Source: an uncultured Mageeibacillus sp.
Lineage (GTDB): Bacteria; Bacillota; Clostridia; Saccharofermentanales; UBA5734
Assembly: GCA_964528645.1 (NCBI GenBank)
Contig: CAZGSR010000008.1
Coordinates: 1,024-65,023, forward strand
Length of the DNA stretch: 64,000 bases
Direction: 5' to 3'
Shown here: in pieces, positions 10,336 to 19,667 of the stretch
Position numbering within the stretch: the first letter of the stretch is position 1
Layout: the number at the start of each line of letters is the position of its first letter
Notes under the pieces: generated by a model
Databases searched by the model: none
The model's input: the letters and a program-made list of their open reading frames with translations, nothing else
Told to the model about the DNA's origin: nothing
Made by a program: the position numbers and the translations under genes

Positions 10336-10355
10336 CATTGTAATATCATTGTAAT
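10336..10355 (+). promoter_or_regulatory. Tandem CATTGTAAT repeat, candidate TA operator
   Basis: Exact 9-mer at 10336-10344 and 10347-10355 (11-bp period), just upstream of the antitoxin. Confidence 0.45.
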
Positions 10356-10386
10356 TACTTTGATTAAAATTTTTTGAGGTATTCTT

Positions 10387-10614
10387 ATGATCAAGACACT
10401 GACCAAACATGGCAATAGCTTGGCCTTGATTATCGAAAAGCCGGTTTTAGAGCTATTGGGAGTGGATCCCGAAACGCCATTCAACATTACGACGGATGGC
10501 CAGGCTCTCATTCTGACTCCTGTCAAGGACGCGGGACGTGTCGAAGCTTTCCAATCTGCATTAGCCAAAGTGAACAATCGTTATCCAAAGGCCTTGAAAA
10601 CATTGGCAGAATAA
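10387..10614 (+). CDS. AbrB/MazE/SpoVT-family antitoxin
   Basis: KHGNSLALIIEK swapped-hairpin motif; 75 aa; precedes a Doc toxin. Confidence 0.88.
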   Translation: MIKTLTKHGNSLALIIEKPVLELLGVDPETPFNITTDGQALILTPVKDAGRVEAFQSALAKVNNRYPKALKTLAE

Positions 10615-10617
10615 CCT

Positions 10618-11007
10618 ATGGAAATTGTATTCCTGAGTTTTGCAGAAGTCATTGAAATACATCAGGATCAGATTCATCGTTACGGCGGGGAATCTGGTCT
10701 TCGTGATATGGAACTGCTAAAGTCAGCGCTGGGAATGCCCTCAGCAACTTTCGGCGGCCAATTCCTGCATACGGATATTTATGAAATGGCTGCTGCCTAT
10801 CTTTTCCATCTGGTCCAAAATCATCCATTTGTCGATGGGAATAAGCGAGTCGGGGCGGTCTCTGCCTTGGTCTTTCTGCTTCTGAACGGTTATGAATTTG
10901 TAGCACCCGAGGATGAATTTGCCGAGATTGTTCTTAGTGTCGCCAGAGGGGAAATCGATAAAGCAGACGTTGCCATCTTTATACACCGTTGGAGCAGACT
11001 GCCGTGA
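10618..11007 (+). CDS. doc: Death-on-curing (Doc/Fic) toxin
   Basis: Fic motif HPFVDGNKR; 129 aa. Confidence 0.92.
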   Translation: MEIVFLSFAEVIEIHQDQIHRYGGESGLRDMELLKSALGMPSATFGGQFLHTDIYEMAAAYLFHLVQNHPFVDGNKRVGAVSALVFLLLNGYEFVAPEDEFAEIVLSVARGEIDKADVAIFIHRWSRLP

Positions 11008-11600
11008 TCATCAAACAGCTAACGAGCCATGAAATCAGCGAGGTCTATCACCATCATCTCAAGTACGACTTCCCGGACAACGAGCTTAAGCCGCTCTTTG
11101 TGATGAAGAATCTGGCCAAGCGCGATCTCTATCTCTGTTACGGCTTATTTGACAGCACAGACAACACTCTGAGAGCCTATGCCTTCCTGGCTCGTGCCCA
11201 GCAGGGCACCTGCCTGCTGCTCGACTATTTTGCTGCCGTTGCCGATGCCCGTGGCCTGGGTTTTGGCAGCCAGCTGCTGCAAGGACTAAGCAGCGAATTG
11301 CCTGATACGGCCGGGATCCTGGCCGAGGTTGAGCATGCTGCGGATGGCAGGGATACGGCCGAAAGGGAGACCCGGCAGCGCCGGATCGACTTCTACTGCC
11401 GCAATGGCTTTGTCCATAGCCGCGTGAACGGCGTGATTTTCGGGGTGCATTATGATATCGTCTATTTACCGATCCAGCATCCGGCCGACGATCCGTTCAT
11501 CCTCAGGGAACTGGCTGAGCTGTACCGAACGATGCTGCCCAAATTCATGTTTGAGGCCAATGTCCACCTCGAAATCCGGGATGAACACGCAGAACCTTAA
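11004..11600 (+). CDS. GNAT-family N-acetyltransferase
   Basis: LLDYFAAVADARGLGFGS acetyl-CoA motif and RRIDFYCRNGF; the GTG start overlaps the doc stop (GTGA). Confidence 0.85.
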   Translation: MIIKQLTSHEISEVYHHHLKYDFPDNELKPLFVMKNLAKRDLYLCYGLFDSTDNTLRAYAFLARAQQGTCLLLDYFAAVADARGLGFGSQLLQGLSSELPDTAGILAEVEHAADGRDTAERETRQRRIDFYCRNGFVHSRVNGVIFGVHYDIVYLPIQHPADDPFILRELAELYRTMLPKFMFEANVHLEIRDEHAEP

Positions 11601-11619
11601 GCAAGAAAGTTGACTGTTC

Positions 11620-12420
11620 ATGCCCAGACAAGCCGTCATCGATATTCATGCCCATGTTTTTCCGGAGAAAATTGCCCAGTTGGCGGTCGCCTCGATCAGC
11701 GACTTTTACGAGATCCCGATGGCCAGCCCCGGTACCGTCAGCGATTTGCTCGCCGCAAACGAGCTGGCAGGCGTTGATTTCAGTGTCGTTTTTTCAACTG
11801 CAACCCGTTTGGTGCAGGTCGAGTCGATCAATCGTTTCATGGCCGAATGCCAGCAGGTGCCTGCCCTGATCGGATTCGGCACCTTGCATCCTGATATGTC
11901 CGCTAGCGAAATTCATGAAACGCTGGACATCATCCTCGGCAACGATCTGCGTGGAATCAAGATGCACCCCGATTTCCAGCAAATGGAAGCAGATTCATCT
12001 TTCATGCATGAGCTCTGCCGTCAGCTGCAAGGACGGCTGCCCATCCTGATGCATGCCGGCGATCCGCGCTATGACTACTCACATCCTAAAAGGATCCGCA
12101 ACCTGGCGCTCGCTTTTCCAGATACTCAGTTTATCGCCGCCCATTTTGGCGGCTGGAGCCAGTGGCCGGAAGCCATCGAATCTCTCGCTGGCCTTCCCAA
12201 TCTCTTTGTCGATACCAGCAGCTCTCTGCCTTTCATGCCAGTGGAAGAAATCCTCCGGCTGATCGACGCGTTCGGCATCGACCGGATCCTTTTTGGCTCC
12301 GACTACCCGATGTGGCAACCAGCTGATGAGGTTCGACTGATCGAGGCTCTGGGCTTGTCTGCGCCAGAAAAGCAAGCTATTTTCTGGGACAACAGCTCGA
12401 GGCTGCTTGGGCTGATGTGA
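11620..12420 (+). CDS. Amidohydrolase-2 family TIM-barrel hydrolase
   Basis: IDIHAHVF, GIKMHP, AHFGG and FGSDYP motifs. Confidence 0.88.
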   Translation: MPRQAVIDIHAHVFPEKIAQLAVASISDFYEIPMASPGTVSDLLAANELAGVDFSVVFSTATRLVQVESINRFMAECQQVPALIGFGTLHPDMSASEIHETLDIILGNDLRGIKMHPDFQQMEADSSFMHELCRQLQGRLPILMHAGDPRYDYSHPKRIRNLALAFPDTQFIAAHFGGWSQWPEAIESLAGLPNLFVDTSSSLPFMPVEEILRLIDAFGIDRILFGSDYPMWQPADEVRLIEALGLSAPEKQAIFWDNSSRLLGLM

Positions 12421-12522
12421 TGGTCTGCTCAGGCCCTCATCTCCCCTATCCGAAGCAATTTTTGTGCATAATACACAGTTTCAGAGCGCAAATTCACACA
12501 TAAAGCCGATGATTCTCCGTGA

Positions 12523-12551
12523 TTGACAGCAGGTTACCCGGGTGCTAAGAT
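12523..12551 (+). promoter_or_regulatory. Sigma70 promoter upstream of adhE
   Basis: TTGACA-17-TAAGAT with extended TG; a cre/LacI-like near-palindrome CGTAAACGTTTTCG overlaps the predicted +1. Confidence 0.7.
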
Positions 12552-12791
12552 CGAATTCGTAAACGTTTTCGGCGCTTGAATGAGCCGCATCGTTTCCGCC
12601 TGTTTTTCGCGCAACAAAGGTTTTCGCAAACATTTTTGCGCCAGAAACCACAATTGAATCAGAAGGTTCAAGTCCAGAAAATCTAAGGGCAAAGGCAAAA
12701 TAGCCTACGATTTCCAGACCATCGAGTTTGCATGAGAAATGAGCAAGCTTTCCGTGTTTGAGAAGAACCTGGTTGACTTTGCTTGCCTTTC

Positions 12792-12837
12792 AGACAAGCG
12801 CTTGTTGCCAGATCTTCACGCGCTTGTCTTTTTTTTT
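12792..12837 (+). terminator. Intrinsic terminator-like hairpin inside the adhE leader
   Basis: 10-bp stem AGACAAGCGC/GCGCTTGTCT followed by a T run. Confidence 0.6.
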
Positions 12838-12942
12838 GCAACAATTTTGGATCATGAACTTGAAGAAGCACCTGTCCGTCGCGAAGCAGGGGTTTCCTGA
12901 GAGGATACCGTCACCCAAACCAGATCGGAGAAAGAGGTTTTT

Positions 12943-15522
12943 ATGAAGGTCACCAATCTTGAAGAATTGCACATCCGAATGGCCCAGATCCGGGAAGCTC
13001 AGAAAGTATTTGCGACTTATTCACAATCCCAGGTTGACGAAATTTTTCGGCAGGCGTCCAAAGCGGCTAACAACGCCCGCATCTCCCTGGCCAAGCAAGC
13101 CGTTGCAGAAACGGGTATGGGCATCGTCGAGGACAAAGTCATCAAAAACCATTTCGCCTCGGAATACATCTATAACCAGTACAAGGATGACAAGACCTGT
13201 GGTGTCATCGACCGGGATCCAGCCTTCGGCATCACCAAAATCGCCGAACCAGTCGGTGTTGTCGCAGCCATCATTCCGACCACCAATCCGACCTCCACGG
13301 CGATCTTCAAATCGCTGATTGCTCTCAAGACCAGAAACGGCATCATATTTTCCCCACATCCACGAGCTAAGAATTGCACGATCGAAGCTGCCCGTATTGT
13401 CCTCGAAGCTGCGGTCAAAGCCGGCGCCCCGGAGGGAATCATCGGCTGGATCGACCAGCCCAGTGTGGAACTGTCCAACACCGTTATGCAGCTCTGCGAC
13501 CTGACGTTGGCTACCGGGGGACCTGGCATGGTCAAGGCGGCCTATTCCTCAGGCAAACCAGCGATTGGTGTCGGGGCTGGCAATACCCCGGCCATCATCG
13601 ACGAGACCGCTCACCTCAAAATGGCAGTCAGTTCGATCCTGCTGTCCAAGAGCTTTGACAATGGTGTCATCTGCGCTTCTGAACAGTCGGTTCTGGTCCT
13701 CGATGAAGTCTATGTCGCGGTCCGGCAGGAATTCATCGACCGCGGAGCGCACCTGCTCAATGCGGACGAGATTGACGCTGTCCGGAAAATCATCCTGGTC
13801 AAAGGTAGCATCAATGCCAAGATCGTCGGGCAGTCGGCAGCCACGATTGCTGCTATGGCAGGTCTGACGGTGCCTGAAGAAACGAAAGTCCTGATTGGCG
13901 AAGTGGAATCAGTCGAGCTCGATGAGCCTTTCAGCCATGAAAAATTGTCGCCTGTCCTGGCCATGTACCGGGTTGGCAGCTTTACTGAAGCTTTGGACAA
14001 AGCCGCCCGCCTGGTCGAATTGGGTGGCATGGGCCATACCTCGGTCCTCTACACCGATCCAGCCAAGTCCAAGGACCGTGTAGCCGCCTTTGGTGCACGG
14101 ATGAAAACGGGGCGCACCATCATCAACATGCCATCTTCACATGGCGCGATCGGCGACCTCTACAACTTCAAACTGGCCCCCTCTCTGACTCTCGGCTGTG
14201 GCAGCTGGGGTGGCAATTCGATTTCGGAAAATGTCGGAGTCAAGCACCTGATGAATATCAAGACAGTCGCCGAGAGGAGAGAAAACATGTTGTGGTATCG
14301 GGTTCCGAACCGGGTCTATTTCAAATCAGGCTGTCTGGGCGTAGCGATCAGGGAGTTGAAAGACCTGGGGAAAAAGCGGGCCATCATCGTCACGGACAAG
14401 GTGCTCTACGACTTAGGTTATGCTGAAACAGTGATCAACCAGCTCAAAGACATGGGGATTGATGTCAAGGTGTTTTCTGACGTGGAGCCGGATCCGACCC
14501 TGGCCATTGCCCGCAGGGGCGCCGCAGATATGCAGAGCTTCCAGCCCGATGTCATCCTTGCCTTGGGTGGCGGTTCGCCGATCGATGCGGCAAAGATCAT
14601 GTGGGTGATGTATGAGCATCCGGAAATCGAATTCGAAGATCTGGCCATGCGTTTCATGGATATCCGCAAACGCGTCTTCGCCTTCCCCACCATGGGCAAG
14701 AAGGCCTCCTTTGTCGCGATCCCGACCACAGCTGGAACAGGTTCCGAGGTCACACCCTTCGCGGTCATCACCGATGAAAAAACCGGCATCAAATATCCGC
14801 TGGCAGACTATGAACTGACTCCTGGCATGGCAATCATCGATACCGAGCTCATGATGGCGATGCCCAGGGGATTGACGGCCGCATCCGGCATCGATGCCCT
14901 GACCCATGCTTTGGAGGCTTATGTGTCTGTGCTCGCGTCGGAATTCACGAATGGCCAGGCACTCGAAGCGATCCGGCTGATTTTCAAATACCTGCCTCAG
15001 GCCTATGCCGAAGGGGCTACGAACATCAAGGCACGTGAAAAAATGGCCCATGCTTCGGCCATGGCAGGCATGGCTTTCGCCAATGCCTTCCTCGGTATCT
15101 GCCACTCGATGGCCCACAAACTCGGGGCCACCCACAAGCTGGCCCATGGAGTCGCCAATGCGCTTTTAATCGGCGAAGTGATCCGCTTCAATGCCGTGGA
15201 TGATCCCAGGAAACAGGCTGCATTCCCGCAATACAAATACCCCAATGCCAAGTGGCGTTATGCCCGGATCGCCGACTATCTGCAACTGGGTGGCGAAACG
15301 GACGAAGACAAGGTCGAGCGCCTGATCGAAGCCATCGAGGATCTCAAGGCCAAGGTCAGCATCCCAAAATCCATCCGCGAAGCCGGCGTGTCTGAGCACG
15401 CGTTCTTTTCCTCGCTGGATGAAATGAGCGAGCAAGCCTTCGATGACCAGTGCACCGGCGCCAATCCCCGCTATCCGCTGATCTCGGAACTGAAAACACT
15501 ATACGTCCAGGCCTTCCGTTAA
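12943..15522 (+). CDS. adhE: Bifunctional acetaldehyde-CoA/alcohol dehydrogenase
   Basis: 859 aa. ALDH domain (IIPTTNPTSTAIFK, GVICASEQ) plus Fe-ADH domain (GGGSPID, HSMAHKLG). Confidence 0.97.
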   Translation: MKVTNLEELHIRMAQIREAQKVFATYSQSQVDEIFRQASKAANNARISLAKQAVAETGMGIVEDKVIKNHFASEYIYNQYKDDKTCGVIDRDPAFGITKIAEPVGVVAAIIPTTNPTSTAIFKSLIALKTRNGIIFSPHPRAKNCTIEAARIVLEAAVKAGAPEGIIGWIDQPSVELSNTVMQLCDLTLATGGPGMVKAAYSSGKPAIGVGAGNTPAIIDETAHLKMAVSSILLSKSFDNGVICASEQSVLVLDEVYVAVRQEFIDRGAHLLNADEIDAVRKIILVKGSINAKIVGQSAATIAAMAGLTVPEETKVLIGEVESVELDEPFSHEKLSPVLAMYRVGSFTEALDKAARLVELGGMGHTSVLYTDPAKSKDRVAAFGARMKTGRTIINMPSSHGAIGDLYNFKLAPSLTLGCGSWGGNSISENVGVKHLMNIKTVAERRENMLWYRVPNRVYFKSGCLGVAIRELKDLGKKRAIIVTDKVLYDLGYAETVINQLKDMGIDVKVFSDVEPDPTLAIARRGAADMQSFQPDVILALGGGSPIDAAKIMWVMYEHPEIEFEDLAMRFMDIRKRVFAFPTMGKKASFVAIPTTAGTGSEVTPFAVITDEKTGIKYPLADYELTPGMAIIDTELMMAMPRGLTAASGIDALTHALEAYVSVLASEFTNGQALEAIRLIFKYLPQAYAEGATNIKAREKMAHASAMAGMAFANAFLGICHSMAHKLGATHKLAHGVANALLIGEVIRFNAVDDPRKQAAFPQYKYPNAKWRYARIADYLQLGGETDEDKVERLIEAIEDLKAKVSIPKSIREAGVSEHAFFSSLDEMSEQAFDDQCTGANPRYPLISELKTLYVQAFR

Positions 15523-15532
15523 GAGGTCCATG

Positions 15533-15576
15533 CAGGGTGGTGCCGGTGCACTCGGCATCACCCTGATACTCTTTTT
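15533..15576 (+). terminator. adhE terminator hairpin
   Basis: CAGGGTGGTGCCG/CGGCATCACCCTG stem followed by a T-rich tract. Confidence 0.6.
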
Positions 15577-15638
15577 CACGAGCGTGGTACAATTAAGGCA
15601 GAACTTCATGCCAAATCCATTCAAGGAGGTCCACGCTT

Positions 15639-15851
15639 ATGAAACTCAGTGCCAGGAATCAACTCAAGGGTAAAATTGTCACGATCAAAGAAGGTGCAGT
15701 CAATGCGATTGTTGTCCTCGATATTGGCGGCGGCAACCAGATCAGCGCCACCATTTCCATGGATTCGGTCAAGGATTTGAATCTGACAGTAGGTTCACAA
15801 GCCTATGCGGTGATCAAAGCGACGTCTGTCATGATCGGTGTGGACGTGTAA
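15639..15851 (+). CDS. mop: Mop/TOBE molybdate-binding protein
   Basis: MKLSARNQLKGKI...AVIKATSVM, the classic molbindin sequence. Confidence 0.92.
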   Translation: MKLSARNQLKGKIVTIKEGAVNAIVVLDIGGGNQISATISMDSVKDLNLTVGSQAYAVIKATSVMIGVDV

Positions 15852-15925
15852 GAGCAACAGGCAGACTACTTGTATTTCCATCCAGCCTTTGAACCATCCC
15901 TAACGCTGAGCTGGTTCTTGGATAT

Positions 15926-17176
15926 TTATTTCATCATGACGTCATCAATGACCATCGATCGTGTGTGGGCGATCGGTGTCCAGATGACTGCCCGCTTGAA
16001 CAGGCAGCGCACATTGATCACAAACCAGGATGACAGGAAGATCCAGTAGAAAAGGACACTTTTGAGCAGGACCGATGTGTGCTTTCGTTCCAGAAGGATC
16101 GTGAATCCAGCCAGGAAAGTGGTCATCAGATAGGAGAAATCAAGGGATAAGAACATCAGTTTGTAGACATGACGCTCTGGGAACAATTCAAAATGAATCA
16201 TCAGCATCTGCAGGGCAACATTCAGGAAGAAAGACAGCGCGTAAACCAGCTGCATGGCCGGGGCCAGGTAGAACAATGCCTGGTCAAACGCAATCAGGCT
16301 TTTCTGTCTGAAAGCCAGCCGCAGAAGCCTGCCCAGATAAGATTCACCGATCTGCCAGATCCCGGTGGACCAGCGCAGGCGCTGGTGCCAGGACTGGGTG
16401 AACGTCAGGGGTTGCTCATCGTAAATGATTGCCTCCGGCACATAGGTCACCGCTTCACCAGCAAGAACGATTTGAGTCGTCATCTCGAGGTCTTCTGTCA
16501 TGGTATGTGTCTTCCAGCCGCCGAGCCGCTCCAGCAGGTCTCGGCTGAGCATGAAGCCACTGCCGCTGATGGAGGCTGAAAGACCCAAGTTGCGACGCGG
16601 TCGATTGTAGAACCGGCTGATCATCCAGTAGTAGATGGCATAGCTGCCTGAAATCAAGGTGTCAGCCGGATTTTTGCTGTCGCGGTAACCCTGGGCAGCA
16701 GAATGGCCGTGAGAGAGCGCCCGGTTCATCGCAGCCAGAAAGTCGGGATGGACCAGATTGTCTGCATCAAAGACGCACAAGGCGTCATAGGTGTAATCCT
16801 GTAGCATAAGAGCAGCAACGGCCTGATTCAAAGCATCGCCTTTGGTGTGGACGGGCTTTGCGCAGTCGTACACCAAAGCTCCTTTATCAAGACTGATTTC
16901 CCGGGTGCGGTCTGTGCAGTTGTTCGGAACCACACAGATGTCAAAGCGGTCTTTGGGGTATTGCTGCAGTTGCAGGCTATCGATCAAATGACCGATCACG
17001 GCAGCTTCATTTCTGGCCGCAACCAGGATCAGAAAGCGGTGATGTTCATTGGTTGCAGGCAAAGACTTGGGCGTCCGGAAGGAAAACAGGGATATGAACA
17101 GATAGTAGGCGGCATAGAGCGAACACAGCAGGCTGACCAGCCAGGCCACCGTCGATAGATCTACAATCACATGCAT
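15926..17176 (-). CDS. GT2 processive-type membrane glycosyltransferase
   Basis: AARNEAAVI, FDADN, TEDLE and QRLRW motifs; N- and C-terminal TM segments. Confidence 0.9.
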   Translation of the reverse strand: MHVIVDLSTVAWLVSLLCSLYAAYYLFISLFSFRTPKSLPATNEHHRFLILVAARNEAAVIGHLIDSLQLQQYPKDRFDICVVPNNCTDRTREISLDKGALVYDCAKPVHTKGDALNQAVAALMLQDYTYDALCVFDADNLVHPDFLAAMNRALSHGHSAAQGYRDSKNPADTLISGSYAIYYWMISRFYNRPRRNLGLSASISGSGFMLSRDLLERLGGWKTHTMTEDLEMTTQIVLAGEAVTYVPEAIIYDEQPLTFTQSWHQRLRWSTGIWQIGESYLGRLLRLAFRQKSLIAFDQALFYLAPAMQLVYALSFFLNVALQMLMIHFELFPERHVYKLMFLSLDFSYLMTTFLAGFTILLERKHTSVLLKSVLFYWIFLSSWFVINVRCLFKRAVIWTPIAHTRSMVIDDVMMK

Positions 17177-17179
17177 GGC

Positions 17180-17974
17180 TTAGAGCTCCAAGCGCTTTTT
17201 CAACTGGATGGAAGAGGATTCCAGGATCATGGACACGGCAATGATCAAATATGTGATCATGCCAACTTCACGGAAATCAAGGTAATGTCCGCCTGCCATG
17301 AAAAGATCAAACCCAATGCCTCCGGCACCGGCTGCCGCACCCATGGCAACAGCATTTAGAAAGTTGATTTCGAACCGGATGAAGGTCCAGGACAGAATTG
17401 GATGCAGAGAGGTCGGTAAGACAGCCTGGAAAACGATCTGCCACCAGCGGGCTCCACAGCCTCGCAAAGCCTCGATTACACCCGGTTCGATTTCTTCGAA
17501 AGATTCGGAATACGACTTGGTCAGGTAACTGACCGTATGAAAGGTCATTCCGATGACAGCTGCGGTGCTGCCCAGTCCCGCAGATACTGCAAATATCAAG
17601 ACCCAGAGGATAGTCGGTATGGCCCGGATCAGGGCGACAAAGCTCTTGATGATTGATGTCAGCCAGTGTGGTGCCAGATTGCGTGCCGCAAGCAGGCCGA
17701 GCATCAAGGCGCCCAATGCCCCGATCAAGGTGGTCTGGATTGCCAGGGACAAAGTGATGGCGATACCATAAAGGCCTTCAAGCAGGGTCAGGTGCTTGAA
17801 ATGGGACTCGGAAAACATCAGGCGGAAATTGTCAGCCATCAAGGCCAGTTTCTGGTCCAAGTCTGGAGCGGAGAGCTGCATCAGGGTGTACAGGGTCACA
17901 CCTGTAAGCAGCAACAGAACGGTTCGCAACCAGACCTGGGACTTGTCGAAAGGTTTTCGTGGCACCGTGGTCAT
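17180..17974 (-). CDS. phnE: Phosphonate ABC transporter permease
   Basis: RAIPTILW, EEIEPG...EAL loop, RFEINF. Confidence 0.9.
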   Translation of the reverse strand: MTTVPRKPFDKSQVWLRTVLLLLTGVTLYTLMQLSAPDLDQKLALMADNFRLMFSESHFKHLTLLEGLYGIAITLSLAIQTTLIGALGALMLGLLAARNLAPHWLTSIIKSFVALIRAIPTILWVLIFAVSAGLGSTAAVIGMTFHTVSYLTKSYSESFEEIEPGVIEALRGCGARWWQIVFQAVLPTSLHPILSWTFIRFEINFLNAVAMGAAAGAGGIGFDLFMAGGHYLDFREVGMITYLIIAVSMILESSSIQLKKRLEL

Positions 17975-18771
17975 AGGATAATCCTCCGGATCTGGTTCGA
18001 GAGGGTCTCGATGCCGATGACAACCAGAATGATGACAAGCACAATCAGGCTGGCATGGTTGTAATACGAGCCTTTGTAGTACAGCTCGAATAAAAAGCCG
18101 ATGCCAGAGCCAGTCAAAATCCCGACCAGCGTCGCATCGCGCACATTTGTTTCAATCATGTAGAGGATCCAGCTCATCATTTGTGGCAGGCTGGAGGGCA
18201 GCACCGCGTGGCGTATGACGTGCAGGTAATTGGCCCCTGAAGCTCTGAGGGCTTCGACCGAGCTGTCACTGGAGCCATCGATTGTCTCAATAAACGCCCG
18301 GGTCAGGTAGCCTGTTGTGCCAAACAGCAGGGCGAGAAGCCCTGTGATCATGCCCTGTCCGAAGGAGAATTGCAGAATCAAGGCCCAGCCAATGACCGGG
18401 ACATTGCGCAGAACTGAAGCCAGGCCTCGGCTGATCGTTCCAAAAAATGAATTGACACGTGTCGTTTGCGAACCAATGATTGCCAGAACCATGGATATCC
18501 CTGCTGCCATCATGGTCGCCGTAATGGCCATCAGGATGGTCTCAGCCATCTTCTCTCCGATTTTGGGCAATTTGGCCAGAGACTCCACGGTCGGGTGGAA
18601 ACGGGTGAACAGCCAGTTCAAAGCTTTGAAAAAGCTGGTCACAGCTCGGACACTGTCAAATTCGGTCAGCCAGGCAGATCCCAGAGACAGGAGCCCGATC
18701 AGAACAAAGCCCAGCAAGCTTGACCAGCGCCGCTGTCTGAAAAAAAGGTTGGTTTGTTCAACAGGCTGCAT
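17971..18771 (-). CDS. phnE: Phosphonate ABC transporter permease
   Basis: EALRASGA EAA loop and ETNVRDATLVG. Confidence 0.9.
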   Translation of the reverse strand: MQPVEQTNLFFRQRRWSSLLGFVLIGLLSLGSAWLTEFDSVRAVTSFFKALNWLFTRFHPTVESLAKLPKIGEKMAETILMAITATMMAAGISMVLAIIGSQTTRVNSFFGTISRGLASVLRNVPVIGWALILQFSFGQGMITGLLALLFGTTGYLTRAFIETIDGSSDSSVEALRASGANYLHVIRHAVLPSSLPQMMSWILYMIETNVRDATLVGILTGSGIGFLFELYYKGSYYNHASLIVLVIILVVIGIETLSNQIRRIIL

Positions 18772-19588
18772 GGGCCACTTCCGACTGTTTGACAGGTGAT
18801 TTCTGGCCCGACTGCATCGTCTCCAGCGACAAGATCAGCTCGTGCGCTTCGGTCCCATAGATCTGCTCAATGATCTGGGGGGTGATTTGGGCAGGCGGAC
18901 CGTCAAACACCACTTCTCCATTCCGAATCCCGATGATCCGGTCTGAATATTTGATCGCGACATCGACCTGGTGCAGATTGACCAGGCAGGTGATTTTCAT
19001 TTCCCGGCTGATCCGTTGGAGATGGTCCATGATGATTTTGGATGAACTGGGGTCCAGTGAGGCGATCGGTTCGTCACAGAGCAACATTTTGGGTCGTTGC
19101 AGCAACGCACGGGCAATGCCAACGCGCTGTTTCTGGCCGCCACTGAGCTGGTCGCAGCGTTTGAAGACCTGCTCTTGCAAACCCAGTGCTGCAAGGATCT
19201 CGTAGGCAGCCCGGCGCTCAAATGAATCGTAATAACCAAGGACACCCGCGAGCGTGGATTTGTAGCCCAGGCGGCCATGCAGCACATTTTCGAAGACAGT
19301 CAGGCGATTGACCAGGTTGTAATGCTGGAAAACCATGCCAATCTGGGTCCGGACCTGGCGCAGTTTCTTTTTGGGCAACTGATCGATCCGGGTCTGCTGG
19401 AAAAAGATGGCACCGGACGATGGATCGATCATCCGGTTGATGCAGCGCAGCAAGGTGGACTTGCCAGCCCCGGAGGGTCCAATGATGGATACAAATTCGC
19501 CCTCGCCGACATTCAGGCTGATGTTTGACAAGGCAACGGTCTGGCGGTTGTAGATCTTGGAGATATCCCGGATTTCTAACAGTTCCAT
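18758..19588 (-). CDS. phnC: Phosphonate ABC transporter ATPase
   Basis: GPSGAGKS, LSGGQKQRV, DEPIASLDP and NLHQV motifs. Confidence 0.93.
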   Translation of the reverse strand: MELLEIRDISKIYNRQTVALSNISLNVGEGEFVSIIGPSGAGKSTLLRCINRMIDPSSGAIFFQQTRIDQLPKKKLRQVRTQIGMVFQHYNLVNRLTVFENVLHGRLGYKSTLAGVLGYYDSFERRAAYEILAALGLQEQVFKRCDQLSGGQKQRVGIARALLQRPKMLLCDEPIASLDPSSSKIIMDHLQRISREMKITCLVNLHQVDVAIKYSDRIIGIRNGEVVFDGPPAQITPQIIEQIYGTEAHELILSLETMQSGQKSPVKQSEVAHAAC

Positions 19589-19667
19589 AACAGCCTTTCA
19601 GGAAAGATGCCCCGGGAAGCGATGCTGCCTCCCGGGGACAGATGACACGGTTTATGATGAAGGAGAA

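Noticed and set aside
12460-12500. Rex site in TTGTGCATAATACACAG
   Set aside because: The arm spacing is one base short of the 7-4-7 Rex consensus.
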